A stretch of DNA of 64,000 bases. It comes from a virus. Taxonomy: Duplodnaviria > Caudoviricetes. The DNA lies in the IMG/VR virus record IMGVR_UViG_3300034407_003411, positions 588 to 64,587 of that record; one strand, given 5' to 3'. The position numbers and the translations under genes were made by a program. Below, piece after piece: positions 17,657-27,362 of the stretch (positions are counted from its first letter, which is position 1; every line of letters starts with the position of its first letter). The notes below the pieces were generated by a model. The model made no database searches, was not told the origin of the DNA, and saw only the letters and a list, made by a program, of their open reading frames with translations.

Positions 17657-17805
17657 ATAACTATTATTAGAATGATTAAACTTTGTGCGGGGTAATACAT
17701 CATTTGCAATAATACCCAAAATGCTGCTTTAATAATTACAGGAACAAGTAATATTGCTAATACTATAATCCCGATAAATAATGATTTTTGAATTGTATTA
17801 TTCAT
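17623..17805 (-). CDS. small two-TM membrane protein
   Basis: two hydrophobic helices; promoter upstream. Confidence 0.6.
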   Translation of the reverse strand: MNNTIQKSLFIGIIVLAILLVPVIIKAAFWVLLQMMYYPAQSLIILIIVICLMFLLERKK

Positions 17806-17830
17806 GACCTTTATTTTTTAATTATACATA

Positions 17831-17860
17831 AATATACGACTCCCCTTTCGGGGAGCCAAA
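17831..17860 (-). promoter_or_regulatory. Bacteroidota-type promoter with a GAAA-loop hairpin in the spacer
   Basis: TTTG-GCTCCCCGAAAGGGGAGTCG-TATATTTA. Confidence 0.7.
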
Positions 17861-17871
17861 TGTTATATTAA

Positions 17872-18630
17872 TTACAGTTGAAATAAATCAAATATTTCTG
17901 TTTGGTTTAACGGTCTTGTCCACATACCAAAATCATCCATTTTACCATTAAAGAAATACCAATAACCATTACTTGATAATGTTTCTCCAATAGCTAAACC
18001 ACTAACAGTTTGAGGTAAAACCATACCAGTTGTACCACTAGTAACTAATTCAGAATTTATATAAAATTTATAATTACTTCCTTCTAGGGTAAATGTTACA
18101 TGAGTCCACTCATTAAATTCAACATTTATAGAAGATTCAACCATCCCTAATAATGGGGATGGACTTTGTCCGTCTCCAAAAACAAATACTAGTTTACCAT
18201 CACCATTAATTTGGAACCTAAATATATTCATTCCATCACCATCCCATCTAGAGGCAATAGTATAATATTCTATTCTATTTATTTGTCTTTTAATAGGATT
18301 TACCCAAGCACTTAAAGTAATATTTTCACTATTTAATAACTCATTATGGGGTATCGTAATTAGATCATCTCTTCCTCCTTCTGACTCAGTATCATTAGTA
18401 TCAAATTTAGCAGCTTGGGTTGGATTACCATACTGATCTGATGTTAATTGGACTTCATAAGTAGAAGTTGGAAAATAATTAGGAGATTCATCTTGGAAAT
18501 TTGAATTAAAAGGCATCCATACTGTTGGGTTACTTGGAAGCTTAGATTCATTTACGGGGTCTGAAATTTCAAATGATTCATCGCTACATGAACTTAAAAT
18601 AACAATACTTAATAATAACATTTTTTTCAT
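17872..18630 (-). CDS. lipoprotein with LamG/concanavalin A-like domain
   Basis: lipobox ILSS/CSDE; ITLSAWV, NEWTHVTFT, KFYINSEL, FFNGKMDDFGMWTRPL. Confidence 0.85.
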   Translation of the reverse strand: MKKMLLLSIVILSSCSDESFEISDPVNESKLPSNPTVWMPFNSNFQDESPNYFPTSTYEVQLTSDQYGNPTQAAKFDTNDTESEGGRDDLITIPHNELLNSENITLSAWVNPIKRQINRIEYYTIASRWDGDGMNIFRFQINGDGKLVFVFGDGQSPSPLLGMVESSINVEFNEWTHVTFTLEGSNYKFYINSELVTSGTTGMVLPQTVSGLAIGETLSSNGYWYFFNGKMDDFGMWTRPLNQTEIFDLFQL

Positions 18631-18661
18631 AACTTTTATTGTTTTAATAATTTATGCTATA

Positions 18662-18691
18662 AATATACGACCCCTCTATGCGGTAACCAAG
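18662..18691 (-). promoter_or_regulatory. Bacteroidota-type promoter
   Basis: CTTG-N20-TATATTTA. Confidence 0.65.
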
Positions 18692-18707
18692 CTTCCTGTG
18701 CATTACT

Positions 18708-19826
18708 CTAATAAGTCTTCGTAGTATCGTCTTCTTCTATTTCTTTTAATGCTTTTTCTATTCTGTCCTCTACATTATCTATATTGCCATTCCAACCACC
18801 TTTATCTGTAAGTAATTCTTTTAATATCTCTTTTTTCTTTTCAAGTCTATCAACGAAATAATGTTCTCCATCATTTCCATTCTGGCCTATGATGTCCATT
18901 CTTTTTTCATCCTCTTCAGTATAGGCAGGAACATCATGTAAAAGTGTTTCTTCTGCTACACTTAAAGGTTTATCTTCTACTTTTTCTCCATATAAATTAT
19001 CTCTTGTTTTTCGTCTAGGATATGCTTTATCAAAAGCAAAGTTAGCTGCTACAACTAATGAAATAGCTAGCGGGTCAAATACAAAAATTATAATAAGTAG
19101 CAATACATTTATGATTTTATCCATAGGTATACCGGTTAAACCCGATAAATACTGCAGTGGCCCTAGCTCAGCAGCGATTTCATTGTTACTTTGTAGTTCC
19201 AGTATATTTAACTGGTATTTTTGAAGCGAATCTGCTGCAATGGTTCGTTTTTCATATACATCTTTACGATTTTCTTCTTCAACTTCAATACGTTTTTGTG
19301 ATAATCTTAATTCTGCTGTAGATATAGTTTGTCTAAACCCAGTAGATGATGCAGTATCCCTAACTTGAATAGAGCTTGCCTTAGCATTTGATAAAATGGA
19401 TATATTATTTGATATTTGAGCAAGTTCTTTATCAAATCTAGCTACATCTTCGGAATAAAAATCTCTTTTATTTTCTAAAAATTTAACTTCATTTTCTGCT
19501 ATACTTAATTTACTATAAGTATCTTGATAAGCTGCACTTAAGAAACCATAAATACCCATACTAGTAATTAATACTAATACAACTGTTGCTATAGATAAAT
19601 AAGTCCTTAAAGTTTTATTAATTGTGTCCCAATATTGGTACAATAATGAAGCCGTAACTAATTTAGCAAATTCTAATGAACCCGCCATAATAATAACTTG
19701 AAATTGTGCTCCCGCAAATAATTTACTTAGTCCATAAACTGAATAGAAGGCTGCCGATGCACTTACTGATAAAGCAGAAAATGCTATAAGAAACGGAAAC
19801 ATTCCTTTTTTAATATTTTGTAACAT
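18708..19826 (-). CDS. multi-pass membrane protein with coiled coil
   Basis: three N-terminal TM helices, SMGIYGFLS, long coiled coil, ELGPLQY, IIFVFDPLA. Confidence 0.75.
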   Translation of the reverse strand: MLQNIKKGMFPFLIAFSALSVSASAAFYSVYGLSKLFAGAQFQVIIMAGSLEFAKLVTASLLYQYWDTINKTLRTYLSIATVVLVLITSMGIYGFLSAAYQDTYSKLSIAENEVKFLENKRDFYSEDVARFDKELAQISNNISILSNAKASSIQVRDTASSTGFRQTISTAELRLSQKRIEVEEENRKDVYEKRTIAADSLQKYQLNILELQSNNEIAAELGPLQYLSGLTGIPMDKIINVLLLIIIFVFDPLAISLVVAANFAFDKAYPRRKTRDNLYGEKVEDKPLSVAEETLLHDVPAYTEEDEKRMDIIGQNGNDGEHYFVDRLEKKKEILKELLTDKGGWNGNIDNVEDRIEKALKEIEEDDTTKTY

Positions 19827-19837
19827 AGTTTTGTTTT

Positions 19838-20311
19838 TTATACCGTGTCGTAATCAATATACGAAATTTCTACTTCGTCTCCACGCTCTAATGCTTCTGC
19901 TATTGGTGGGTAGATTCTTTTATAAGCATCATTTGAGGCACCTATAAATCCACTTTCTGATTTTGATATGTTTTGTTGTTGAGTGTCTCCTACTAATAAA
20001 CACCCCATAGTGTGTTCATCAGTATTACCTGTATGGATTAAAATATATTCAAATCCTGGTACATCTCTTACCCAAAGCATTCCTTTATGGAATGAACCAT
20101 ATTTGTTAGCGTATCTACCATGAAATCCACCTACTTTTCTTAATGTAATTTTATATGTTCCTTCAGGGATTCTGGTTTCACCCTTTACTTTATTTTCTCT
20201 GTATTCATCTTCTAAAGTATAACACAAGAATTTTCTATCTGTTGTTACATCAAACAGTAATCCATTAGTGCTATCTTTTTGTGAACTTATTCTTAATACT
20301 TCTAATTTCAT
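19838..20311 (-). CDS. DUF5675-like putative peptidoglycan hydrolase (endolysin candidate)
   Basis: CYTLED, ETRIPEGTY, VPGFEYILIHTGNT..HTMGCLLVG (His/Cys site); ATG 20311. Confidence 0.78.
   Translation of the reverse strand: MKLEVLRISSQKDSTNGLLFDVTTDRKFLCYTLEDEYRENKVKGETRIPEGTYKITLRKVGGFHGRYANKYGSFHKGMLWVRDVPGFEYILIHTGNTDEHTMGCLLVGDTQQQNISKSESGFIGASNDAYKRIYPPIAEALERGDEVEISYIDYDTV
19856..19885 (-). promoter_or_regulatory. Bacteroidota-type promoter
   Basis: CGTG-N20-TATATTGA at the end of the upstream gene. Confidence 0.55.
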
Positions 20312-20397
20312 TTTTTCATGTGTTTTGTTAAATTGGGATATAAATCGTATAATACATCCAAAATCCATTTCTCTATTTTTTTTAATAATTTTTTCAT
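20308..20397 (-). CDS. 29 aa amphipathic peptide ORF missing from the ORF track
   Basis: MKKLLKKIEKWILDVLYDLYPNLTKHMKK; ATGA overlap with the DUF5675 start. Confidence 0.5.
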   Translation of the reverse strand: MKKLLKKIEKWILDVLYDLYPNLTKHMKK

Positions 20398-20402
20398 AAT
20401 AT

Positions 20403-20432
20403 AAAAATTCCCGTACCTTGCAGTACGGGAAT
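20403..20432 (-). terminator. rho-independent terminator
   Basis: ATTCCCGTAC-6nt-GTACGGGAAT stem followed by a T-run on the minus strand. Confidence 0.75.
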
Positions 20433-20449
20433 AAATATTGAACACCTCC

Positions 20450-20704
20450 TTATTTTTTAACTATGTGATACAATACAAAAGCTCCTACTAAACCTAGTAG
20501 TCCTTCTGCGTTAAGTCCTCCTAAAATAGCCATGATATTATCTACCACAGATATATTAGGCCAAAAAGGGATTCCTGCTCCACTGAATAGTACTTCGAGT
20601 ACTACTCCTAAAGCGATTAAAGACACACCTATGTGGGTCAGTTTGTCAGCCCAAGAGCCGACCTTGTTTAGAATTTCCATAAAATTGGGTTTTAAGTTAA
20701 ACAA
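20450..20704 (-). CDS. small two-TM membrane protein (holin candidate)
   Basis: two hydrophobic helices, basic C-terminus, near the lysin candidate; start may be MEILNK. Confidence 0.6.
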   Translation of the reverse strand: MFNLKPNFMEILNKVGSWADKLTHIGVSLIALGVVLEVLFSGAGIPFWPNISVVDNIMAILGGLNAEGLLGLVGAFVLYHIVKK

Positions 20705-20717
20705 ATGTAACTAGCAA

Positions 20718-20960
20718 CTAGTTTACTTCTTCGTTGTTTTTCTTACCGAAGATTTTGCCTACCTCAGCGATTCCGAATGAACCGAGGGTTATGATTACGA
20801 AAGAATTATAAATGTAATCTTGTATTACTATTTCTTTACCATAGATACCTGTTATAATATCTACTAATGCAAAGATAATCATTACAATAAAGGATGAGAA
20901 TCCTACTACTGATTTTTCATTAATGTCGTTGTTGTCTTTAAACAAATCTTTAAATGCCAT
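20718..20960 (-). CDS. small two-TM membrane protein (holin candidate)
   Basis: two TM helices, charged termini, late-type motif upstream. Confidence 0.6.
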   Translation of the reverse strand: MAFKDLFKDNNDINEKSVVGFSSFIVMIIFALVDIITGIYGKEIVIQDYIYNSFVIITLGSFGIAEVGKIFGKKNNEEVN

Positions 20961-21015
20961 ATTTCTAGTTTTTAAAAATTAGCAAAACTATTAATGGAAC
21001 CTTATTAGTTGTGAT

Positions 21016-21023
21016 TATAAATA
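21016..21023 (-). promoter_or_regulatory. putative late promoter (TATTTATA on coding strand)
   Basis: same octamer precedes most structural genes. Confidence 0.55.
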
Positions 21024-21446
21024 TTAAAATCTGTTGGAATTTTGCGCTTCTTCGATAGCTTCATTTACTTCTTCTACGCTTACAGGAAATTCTAGATCTA
21101 ATCCTGCTTTAAATTTAATTAAATTATCTCGAGTTATTATAAACATAGTTGGGGCCATTCTAATTCTATATTTTTTCTTTGCTTCTGGAGCTTTAGCTAT
21201 ATCTACTCTATAATAATCTACGCCTGGTCTATCTGCTAAATCTTTCCAATTAGGGTAACAATTTATTTCATTAAATTTAGCCCAATATTCAACTACTATT
21301 ACTTTATTATCATCATCTCCAAAGGCAGAATTACCATTTACAACTTCTTCATAGTTTGAATCATCTAACCAATATTTTTCTGGAACGTCTTGTTGTCCTA
21401 AAAGAATTAAAGGCATCAATGAAAACAATATTAGTAAATTTTTCAT
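21024..21446 (-). CDS. secreted thioredoxin-fold protein lacking CxxC
   Basis: signal peptide; VVEYWAKFN, YRVDI, YRIRMAPT. Confidence 0.7.
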   Translation of the reverse strand: MKNLLILFSLMPLILLGQQDVPEKYWLDDSNYEEVVNGNSAFGDDDNKVIVVEYWAKFNEINCYPNWKDLADRPGVDYYRVDIAKAPEAKKKYRIRMAPTMFIITRDNLIKFKAGLDLEFPVSVEEVNEAIEEAQNSNRF

Positions 21447-21449
21447 ACG

Positions 21450-21734
21450 TTATCTTTGTTTAGACATCTCGTACATACGTTCTTCTAGCTTATCAAATTT
21501 TTCTAAAAGCATTTCAACGTCTTCTTGAGTGTCCATTATTGTTTGGCGAATTAACTCATCCTTTAAGTCATATTCAACCCTTTCAATAACTGGTTCTGGT
21601 TGTGTTGCAGCATATGCTATATCTGCCTTTAATGTAAAATACATACCTGCTAGAGAAACAGTAAATGCTACTATCATTCCAATAGTTTTTAAATCTAAAG
21701 TTATTTTAGTATCTTCTCCTATTTGCTTTGCCAT
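21450..21734 (-). CDS. membrane-anchored coiled-coil protein
   Basis: single TM helix then coiled coil. Confidence 0.65.
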   Translation of the reverse strand: MAKQIGEDTKITLDLKTIGMIVAFTVSLAGMYFTLKADIAYAATQPEPVIERVEYDLKDELIRQTIMDTQEDVEMLLEKFDKLEERMYEMSKQR

Positions 21735-22927
21735 TATTTAAAAGTATAATTTAATCCGAAGGTTGTTTGATATAATTTGCTATCCCACATTTTAGAATAT
21801 TCACCTTCTATAAAAATTCCTAAATTTTTTCCTATTTTAGTTCCTAAATTAACACCAAAAGAATAATCGTGCCACTGTTCACCTTTTAAATTATTATTAT
21901 GACCACCTAATCCCCAGCTATTTCTATGCATGTAGCTAAAATCTTCTTCTCCTCTAATATATCTGTGGTATGGTAAAATATAATTTGCGTATGCATGTAA
22001 CCAAAAATCTCTTTTATAATGGTAAAAATCTACACCTACTATTGGAGCTAAATCTAACCAAGGATCTAATAAATCCCAAGCTTCACCATTAAAGCGATTC
22101 ATTAACCCAGGCATTATAATTTCTCTAAATTCTAAATCTGTTTGAGCAACTTCATTTCCGTCTGCATCAATCCAATACCAATCTTGAATTTGATTACCAT
22201 TATTGTCTGTACGAGTATAGAATATATCACTAAAACCATATTCTCTACCTAATTCATACCATTGGTTAGTTGGATATTGATTTCCGAATTCATCAACTGT
22301 CATTTCATTTAACCAAATTTCTACAGGATTATAACCATAAGCTCTTTCATGTCCTCTTAATATAGCTCCAGCTGAAAAACTAAACTTTTTTCCTATTGGT
22401 AATCTACCTCTTACTTCAGCTGAATTGTATTTAAGATTAATTTTACCTACTTCTCTAGCTTGTAATTTTACAATATGATATTTGCCTGTATGTTTTAGAA
22501 AATAATTATAGTTGGTAAAATCTTCTCCTCTCCATCTTTCTTTTTCATAATGGAATTGATATTCTAATCCTTGTACTGCTGATGTTGGGGCAGAAAATAC
22601 TAATTGTTCTTCTGTACCATCATAGAAATTTTTTGGTTTTCTTTCATAGTCAAATCTGGCTAGTTTTCTTATACCAAATCCGTATCTGTAGTCAAAAGGG
22701 TATTTTGGAGTGTTATCAACTACGTCAGGAATTGAATATAAACTTCCATCTTGGTTTGTTCTTAAAAAATAAGTAGGCTCTGCAGCCTCAATTGAATTTG
22801 AAATATCACCAGCGGCATATACAGTACCATATTTTAAGAAATCTTTATAGATATCTTTAAAAATTTGGGCTTGTAAAACAGTTGGTGAAAATAAGATAAA
22901 CGAAACAATTAATACTAATATCCTCAT
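21734..22927 (-). CDS. secreted outer-membrane beta-barrel-like protein
   Basis: signal peptide/Q, aromatic alternating strands, C-terminal TTFGLNYTFK (BAM beta-signal-like). Confidence 0.7.
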   Translation of the reverse strand: MRILVLIVSFILFSPTVLQAQIFKDIYKDFLKYGTVYAAGDISNSIEAAEPTYFLRTNQDGSLYSIPDVVDNTPKYPFDYRYGFGIRKLARFDYERKPKNFYDGTEEQLVFSAPTSAVQGLEYQFHYEKERWRGEDFTNYNYFLKHTGKYHIVKLQAREVGKINLKYNSAEVRGRLPIGKKFSFSAGAILRGHERAYGYNPVEIWLNEMTVDEFGNQYPTNQWYELGREYGFSDIFYTRTDNNGNQIQDWYWIDADGNEVAQTDLEFREIIMPGLMNRFNGEAWDLLDPWLDLAPIVGVDFYHYKRDFWLHAYANYILPYHRYIRGEEDFSYMHRNSWGLGGHNNNLKGEQWHDYSFGVNLGTKIGKNLGIFIEGEYSKMWDSKLYQTTFGLNYTFK

Positions 22928-22987
22928 ATTATTATCGTTTTATGTTTGTCAATAAATATATGAAAATTTAATTATATTCGAAGAAAT

Positions 22988-23428
22988 CTAAAATTTTATT
23001 CGATCAATTGCCTTTTTTACCGCAGAAGAAAATGTTGTTTTATTAAATGGTAATTTATCATTATTTAAATCAATAAAAGTTGATTCAACTGTAGATTTAG
23101 CTTTACCAATTACTTCAATTTCTTTGCCATCTATATAAACTGATAGTTTAACAATTGTCTTTTTTGCAGCTTTACTCCAAACTCCAAATTCAATACTTGT
23201 TGTTGGTGCTTCAATGGATTTTACTATTACTGTTATAGGTTTTCCATCCATACATAGTTCATATTTATCTGAAATTACATCTTCCATTATTTGTTTTATA
23301 CCAAATATTATACGGTTTTTACTAATTTCTTCCATTTGAACCTGTGTACTTACTTTAGTTACCGTATAACATTCTTGTGATAATGCAAATACAGGTAAGC
23401 ACATTAATAGTATAATTATTTTTTTCAT
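22988..23428 (-). CDS. secreted hypothetical protein
   Basis: signal peptide/Q; ends FNKTTFSSAVKKAI, resembling the C-terminus of the neighbouring CsgG-like protein. Confidence 0.65.
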   Translation of the reverse strand: MKKIIILLMCLPVFALSQECYTVTKVSTQVQMEEISKNRIIFGIKQIMEDVISDKYELCMDGKPITVIVKSIEAPTTSIEFGVWSKAAKKTIVKLSVYIDGKEIEVIGKAKSTVESTFIDLNNDKLPFNKTTFSSAVKKAIDRIKF

Positions 23429-23429
23429 A

Positions 23430-24587
23430 TTAAAATCTTATTTTACCACCAGTTAATACCTGGAAGTTTAATGCATTTCCTTGTGAATGCCAAACTCCAG
23501 TAAAACTGATATTATATTTAAATGTTTTTGTTATTTTTATATCCCATGAACTAAAAGGTACTATTAACATACCTGGATCCCACCATTTACCTTCATAATA
23601 TTGAGTAAATGGAGAATAAACACCTAATAGTAAAGCTGATGTTGTAATTTTTTCATTAATTTTAAAATTTCTATGTATCCCAGCTACTGATGATATATTT
23701 TGTAGTTCTCGTTTACCTAATTTACCTATTGTAAGATTAATACCAGCCATACCTGTAAATTTCTTTTTATAAAATTTAAAGGATTCTAAAACAGTAGTTG
23801 TATTTAAATGATTTAAATTCCAATCTGTCATTGTAGTATTTGCACCTACTAAATTAAATGTTCTGTTTGGGTTAATCCATGATTTATAAAGTGTTAAACT
23901 AAAATCATTAGTAACAGATGTATATGTAAGTAAAGCTCCTTTAATTCTAGTTTGTTCTGTATTGGCGTGTGTAATTGAACTAACTACTTTTACTTGTCTA
24001 CCATTTGAATTATCTTGATTATCAATAACTACAATATCACCTGATGCTATCAATGAACCAGCATTTTTATTAGCTTCTGCACTTCCACCATCAGCTGCAT
24101 TTGAAAGAGAATTAGCTAGTGAAGTAGCAATAGCCCCTTCAGCTTCTTCTTCTTCATTTTCCTCATCACCCTCACCTGCAGAATTATCTATTGCTTCTGC
24201 TACTGGAGCTGCTGTAGATGATGCTGCTTGAGGTAACATATCTCCTCCTAATATAGACATTATATTTGTAACAACTGTAATTGTATTTTGTACTGCTGCT
24301 GAGTTAGCTGTGTTTAATAATACTTGAGTTACACTTTGACATGGACTTGAAGAATTAGCTTGAGTAACTAAGTCTAACCAAGAATCAAAAGTACCATTAG
24401 AAAAGTCATCTTGAGTAAATGTTTGAACATTACCAAAATAATTTAATGCAACATTATTACTACCACCTATTTGAATTGTTTGTTGAGTTAAAGTACAAGG
24501 ATCTGTAAACGTATAAGACCATTGGCCATAACTTACCAGTGGTAAGAGAAATAAAATTAATAATATTTTATTCTTTAAATATTCCAC
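23430..24587 (-). CDS. secreted protein with C-terminal beta-barrel-like domain
   Basis: signal peptide/Q, acidic low-complexity linker, alternating strands, terminal GGKIRF. Confidence 0.65.
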   Translation of the reverse strand: MEYLKNKILLILFLLPLVSYGQWSYTFTDPCTLTQQTIQIGGSNNVALNYFGNVQTFTQDDFSNGTFDSWLDLVTQANSSSPCQSVTQVLLNTANSAAVQNTITVVTNIMSILGGDMLPQAASSTAAPVAEAIDNSAGEGDEENEEEEAEGAIATSLANSLSNAADGGSAEANKNAGSLIASGDIVVIDNQDNSNGRQVKVVSSITHANTEQTRIKGALLTYTSVTNDFSLTLYKSWINPNRTFNLVGANTTMTDWNLNHLNTTTVLESFKFYKKKFTGMAGINLTIGKLGKRELQNISSVAGIHRNFKINEKITTSALLLGVYSPFTQYYEGKWWDPGMLIVPFSSWDIKITKTFKYNISFTGVWHSQGNALNFQVLTGGKIRF

Positions 24588-25272
24588 GTTTTATCATCCT
24601 TTTTACGATACGGGCAGTTCCAGATTCTAAAGCTTTTTTAGTAGCAATTCCTATTGTGGATTTATTAAATTGAACTTCATTATCCTCTCCAATTTGAGAT
24701 CGTTTAATTGTAACAGCTTCACCACTACCACTGCCTGTAAAAATAGTTCCAGTCTCAGCATTAACAAATCTTACTTGCATACCAATAATGGTTTTTAATA
24801 CAGTTTTAACTCCATTAACTGTAACTTCTTCTTCCTCAGAGATAGAATAATCATAGATTTCTACATATACAAAATATTCTGCTAAGACAACATTACCTAT
24901 AACTTGAATATCATTTGCTGATATACCTTTAGCTGCGGCTTGATGTTGCTTAACCATTCTTTGTTTAATTTCTTCTTTATCTTCGGTAAATAAAAATCTA
25001 TCAGTCCATTCTAAATAAGATAAAGTAATATTACTAACACCTAATCCTACTCTATTTTCTCTTAATTCAGGGTAAAATTCATATAATTCTGGTGTAAAGC
25101 CAATATTTAAGACTTGAATTGGTAATTGATAATCTAACATATAATCAGATACTTCATCTATGTCAGCATCTTGTTCAAATTTACCTTTATAATTTTCTGT
25201 TTCAGTTTTACCTAATTGAGCATTAACTGTAAAACTTAAGAGTAACGATATGATTAAAAATATTCTTACCAT
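24568..25272 (-). CDS. CsgG/HfaB-like envelope protein
   Basis: signal peptide/Q; LEWTDRFLFTE, AEYFVYVEIYDYS, MQVRFVNAETG..FTGSGSG, KKALE. Confidence 0.7.
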   Translation of the reverse strand: MVRIFLIISLLLSFTVNAQLGKTETENYKGKFEQDADIDEVSDYMLDYQLPIQVLNIGFTPELYEFYPELRENRVGLGVSNITLSYLEWTDRFLFTEDKEEIKQRMVKQHQAAAKGISANDIQVIGNVVLAEYFVYVEIYDYSISEEEEVTVNGVKTVLKTIIGMQVRFVNAETGTIFTGSGSGEAVTIKRSQIGEDNEVQFNKSTIGIATKKALESGTARIVKRMIKRGIFKE

Positions 25273-25523
25273 GTTATTTCTTCTTTTTTTTCTTCTTTTT
25301 TAGGAGGTATAACTATTGTTTTAGAAATTACAATAGTATCTTTAGAAGTTGATGGTGGGTTAATTCTTTGTTCCATTATAGGTGGTTCTGCAACTTCTTC
25401 CTTAGGGGAAAAAATTGATTGCATATTAGCTATTAATAATGCAAAAGCTGCTGTTATAACTAATCCTATACCTGTTACTATTTGGTTTTTAATTTCCGAA
25501 AAAAATCCTTTATTTTCACTCAT
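25266..25523 (-). CDS. small single-TM protein
   Basis: TM helix followed by a Pro-rich tail. Confidence 0.6.
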   Translation of the reverse strand: MSENKGFFSEIKNQIVTGIGLVITAAFALLIANMQSIFSPKEEVAEPPIMEQRINPPSTSKDTIVISKTIVIPPKKEEKKEEITW

Positions 25524-26254
25524 TTTTTAATTATTTTAAATGTTTTAACAAATCTACCATTAGTTACTTGTAGCAAATAAATTGCAGATGCTAAATCTGA
25601 TAGATCCATTTGGAATGAAACGTAACCACTAAAAAATCTCTTTGTAGTTGATTTCATTAATGTTCCGTTATACGTAATTACTCTAATTGTATAAAAATCA
25701 TTATCAGGTACTGTTAATTCAAATGTTAATGGACCTGATACTGGAACTGGGTATACTATACCATAAATGCCATCTGCTGGTTGTGTATTGAATGGAAGTG
25801 ACATTTTATTAACATATCCATCTGTGTTATCAACATCAATATCCCACCCTAAATCTGTACCTGCTGTTTTTCTTCCTATAGTAATTGGTATTTCAGTCCA
25901 ATTTTGATCAATAACCTTAAATCTTACTGTAAATAATTCAGTTGTATTACTTATAGTAAAGTTACCAAAAGAGGCATCATAACCTCCCCACCTTACTTTT
26001 TCACCTTCCCAATCCTGTGTATATGTTAGCCATTCTTGTGCTTTAGCTGTTACAGTAATTTCCTCAAATTTTAAGTATTGAGAATCAAAATTTAAAGCAA
26101 ATTCTAAACTTCCAACTGTTTCTCCTGATGTTTCAATTTCTACAGGTAAATTAATATATTCACTAACAGGAACCTCAATCTCAGGTACGTTAAATACGAC
26201 CTGAGAATGAGCTACTGTTGTTATTGTTAGTAATAATATTAATAATAATCTCAT
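25520..26254 (-). CDS. cohesin-like domain plus T9SS type A C-terminal sorting domain
   Basis: signal peptide/Q; LPVEI..VGSLEFALNFDSQYLKF...LFTVRF; CTD VYPVP...YNG...DLSDLASAIYLLQV...KTFKIIKK. Confidence 0.8.
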   Translation of the reverse strand: MRLLLILLLTITTVAHSQVVFNVPEIEVPVSEYINLPVEIETSGETVGSLEFALNFDSQYLKFEEITVTAKAQEWLTYTQDWEGEKVRWGGYDASFGNFTISNTTELFTVRFKVIDQNWTEIPITIGRKTAGTDLGWDIDVDNTDGYVNKMSLPFNTQPADGIYGIVYPVPVSGPLTFELTVPDNDFYTIRVITYNGTLMKSTTKRFFSGYVSFQMDLSDLASAIYLLQVTNGRFVKTFKIIKK

Positions 26255-26257
26255 TTA

Positions 26258-27340
26258 TTAATTTAATCCTGTTCCATTAACATCACCTAATATTAACATA
26301 TAGAAATTACCAGTTGTAGTTCCATTTATATTTGGTGATAAGAATTCTACTAGACCTGGTATTGAACTAGACTGATCTGAAGTTGCATTATTAATAGTAT
26401 TATATTGAGCTTCAGTAAAGAATAACACATCTGGGTTTATAGGATAACCTGTGCCGTTTTGTGCTAATCTAGCAAATAATAAATAAGAATCTGCTACTGT
26501 AATTCCATTTGTTTGGTTTATATTACCAGTATAAAATTGTATACCTGATGTTGCTTGTGCTCCTGCTGCTATTTGAGCAATCATATTAGCATCAGCTGTT
26601 GATAAAGCTGTACTTGCATTTAAGCCACTTGCAATCTTAAGTCTAATCTGCCAGTAATCTTGATCTAGATTTGCTGAGAATGTTGCTTTTCCATCTGCTC
26701 CAGTTGTTACTGTAGCTACATCTGTCCAAGAACTACCATCTGCAGATTTTTGTAAAATTACAGGGATAGATTCAGCTGGATTAGAAGGATTATTTAGAAT
26801 AGTTGCTGCATAATCAAATGCTGGTTCTGTAAAGTTACCACCATTATCGGAAGTGCCTAAGACAGCATCAGTACCATCAGCTTTTGCATAATAAGCAGTT
26901 AAGTTGTTAGTAAAATCAATGTCAGCAACTGCACCATTAGTATAACTAGATTTAAATGGTAATGAGACATCAAACATATTACCTGCAGTAATATCAAAAG
27001 TAGTAGTACTACCAGTATAAACCCATACAACTTTTACTACACCACTTGCTATACTTGTAGATAAATAAGCATCAGTACCTGAGGTATTGTTGTAAGTTAC
27101 AGTTGGAGGATCAAATACATTTACATCATAATTAAAAGAAAATTGAATACCTTTTACTTTAGTACCTGAAGTATTGTCATAATAAAGATCAATTACAGTT
27201 GGATTTGATGAATTGGTAGATTCTAAAGCATAACTTGAATCAAGAATCACATAAGGCTTAGTAGCATCAGGTGATGTGGTTTGGGCATAAATCATGGTTG
27301 TTAGCATTAACCCCGCTAACGTTAAGAGTAATTTTTTCAT
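26258..27340 (-). CDS. secreted cohesin-like plus dockerin-like protein
   Basis: signal peptide/Q; VKGIQFSFNYD; VTTGADGKATF; LSTADA...GNINQTNGITVADSYLL; terminal LGDVNG. Confidence 0.72.
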   Translation of the reverse strand: MKKLLLTLAGLMLTTMIYAQTTSPDATKPYVILDSSYALESTNSSNPTVIDLYYDNTSGTKVKGIQFSFNYDVNVFDPPTVTYNNTSGTDAYLSTSIASGVVKVVWVYTGSTTTFDITAGNMFDVSLPFKSSYTNGAVADIDFTNNLTAYYAKADGTDAVLGTSDNGGNFTEPAFDYAATILNNPSNPAESIPVILQKSADGSSWTDVATVTTGADGKATFSANLDQDYWQIRLKIASGLNASTALSTADANMIAQIAAGAQATSGIQFYTGNINQTNGITVADSYLLFARLAQNGTGYPINPDVLFFTEAQYNTINNATSDQSSSIPGLVEFLSPNINGTTTGNFYMLILGDVNGTGLN

Positions 27341-27362
27341 TGGTCTAGTAAATTTATATTGT

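Noticed and set aside
21024-21446. Redox-active thioredoxin
   Set aside because: The WCxxC position reads WAKFN; only the fold is supported
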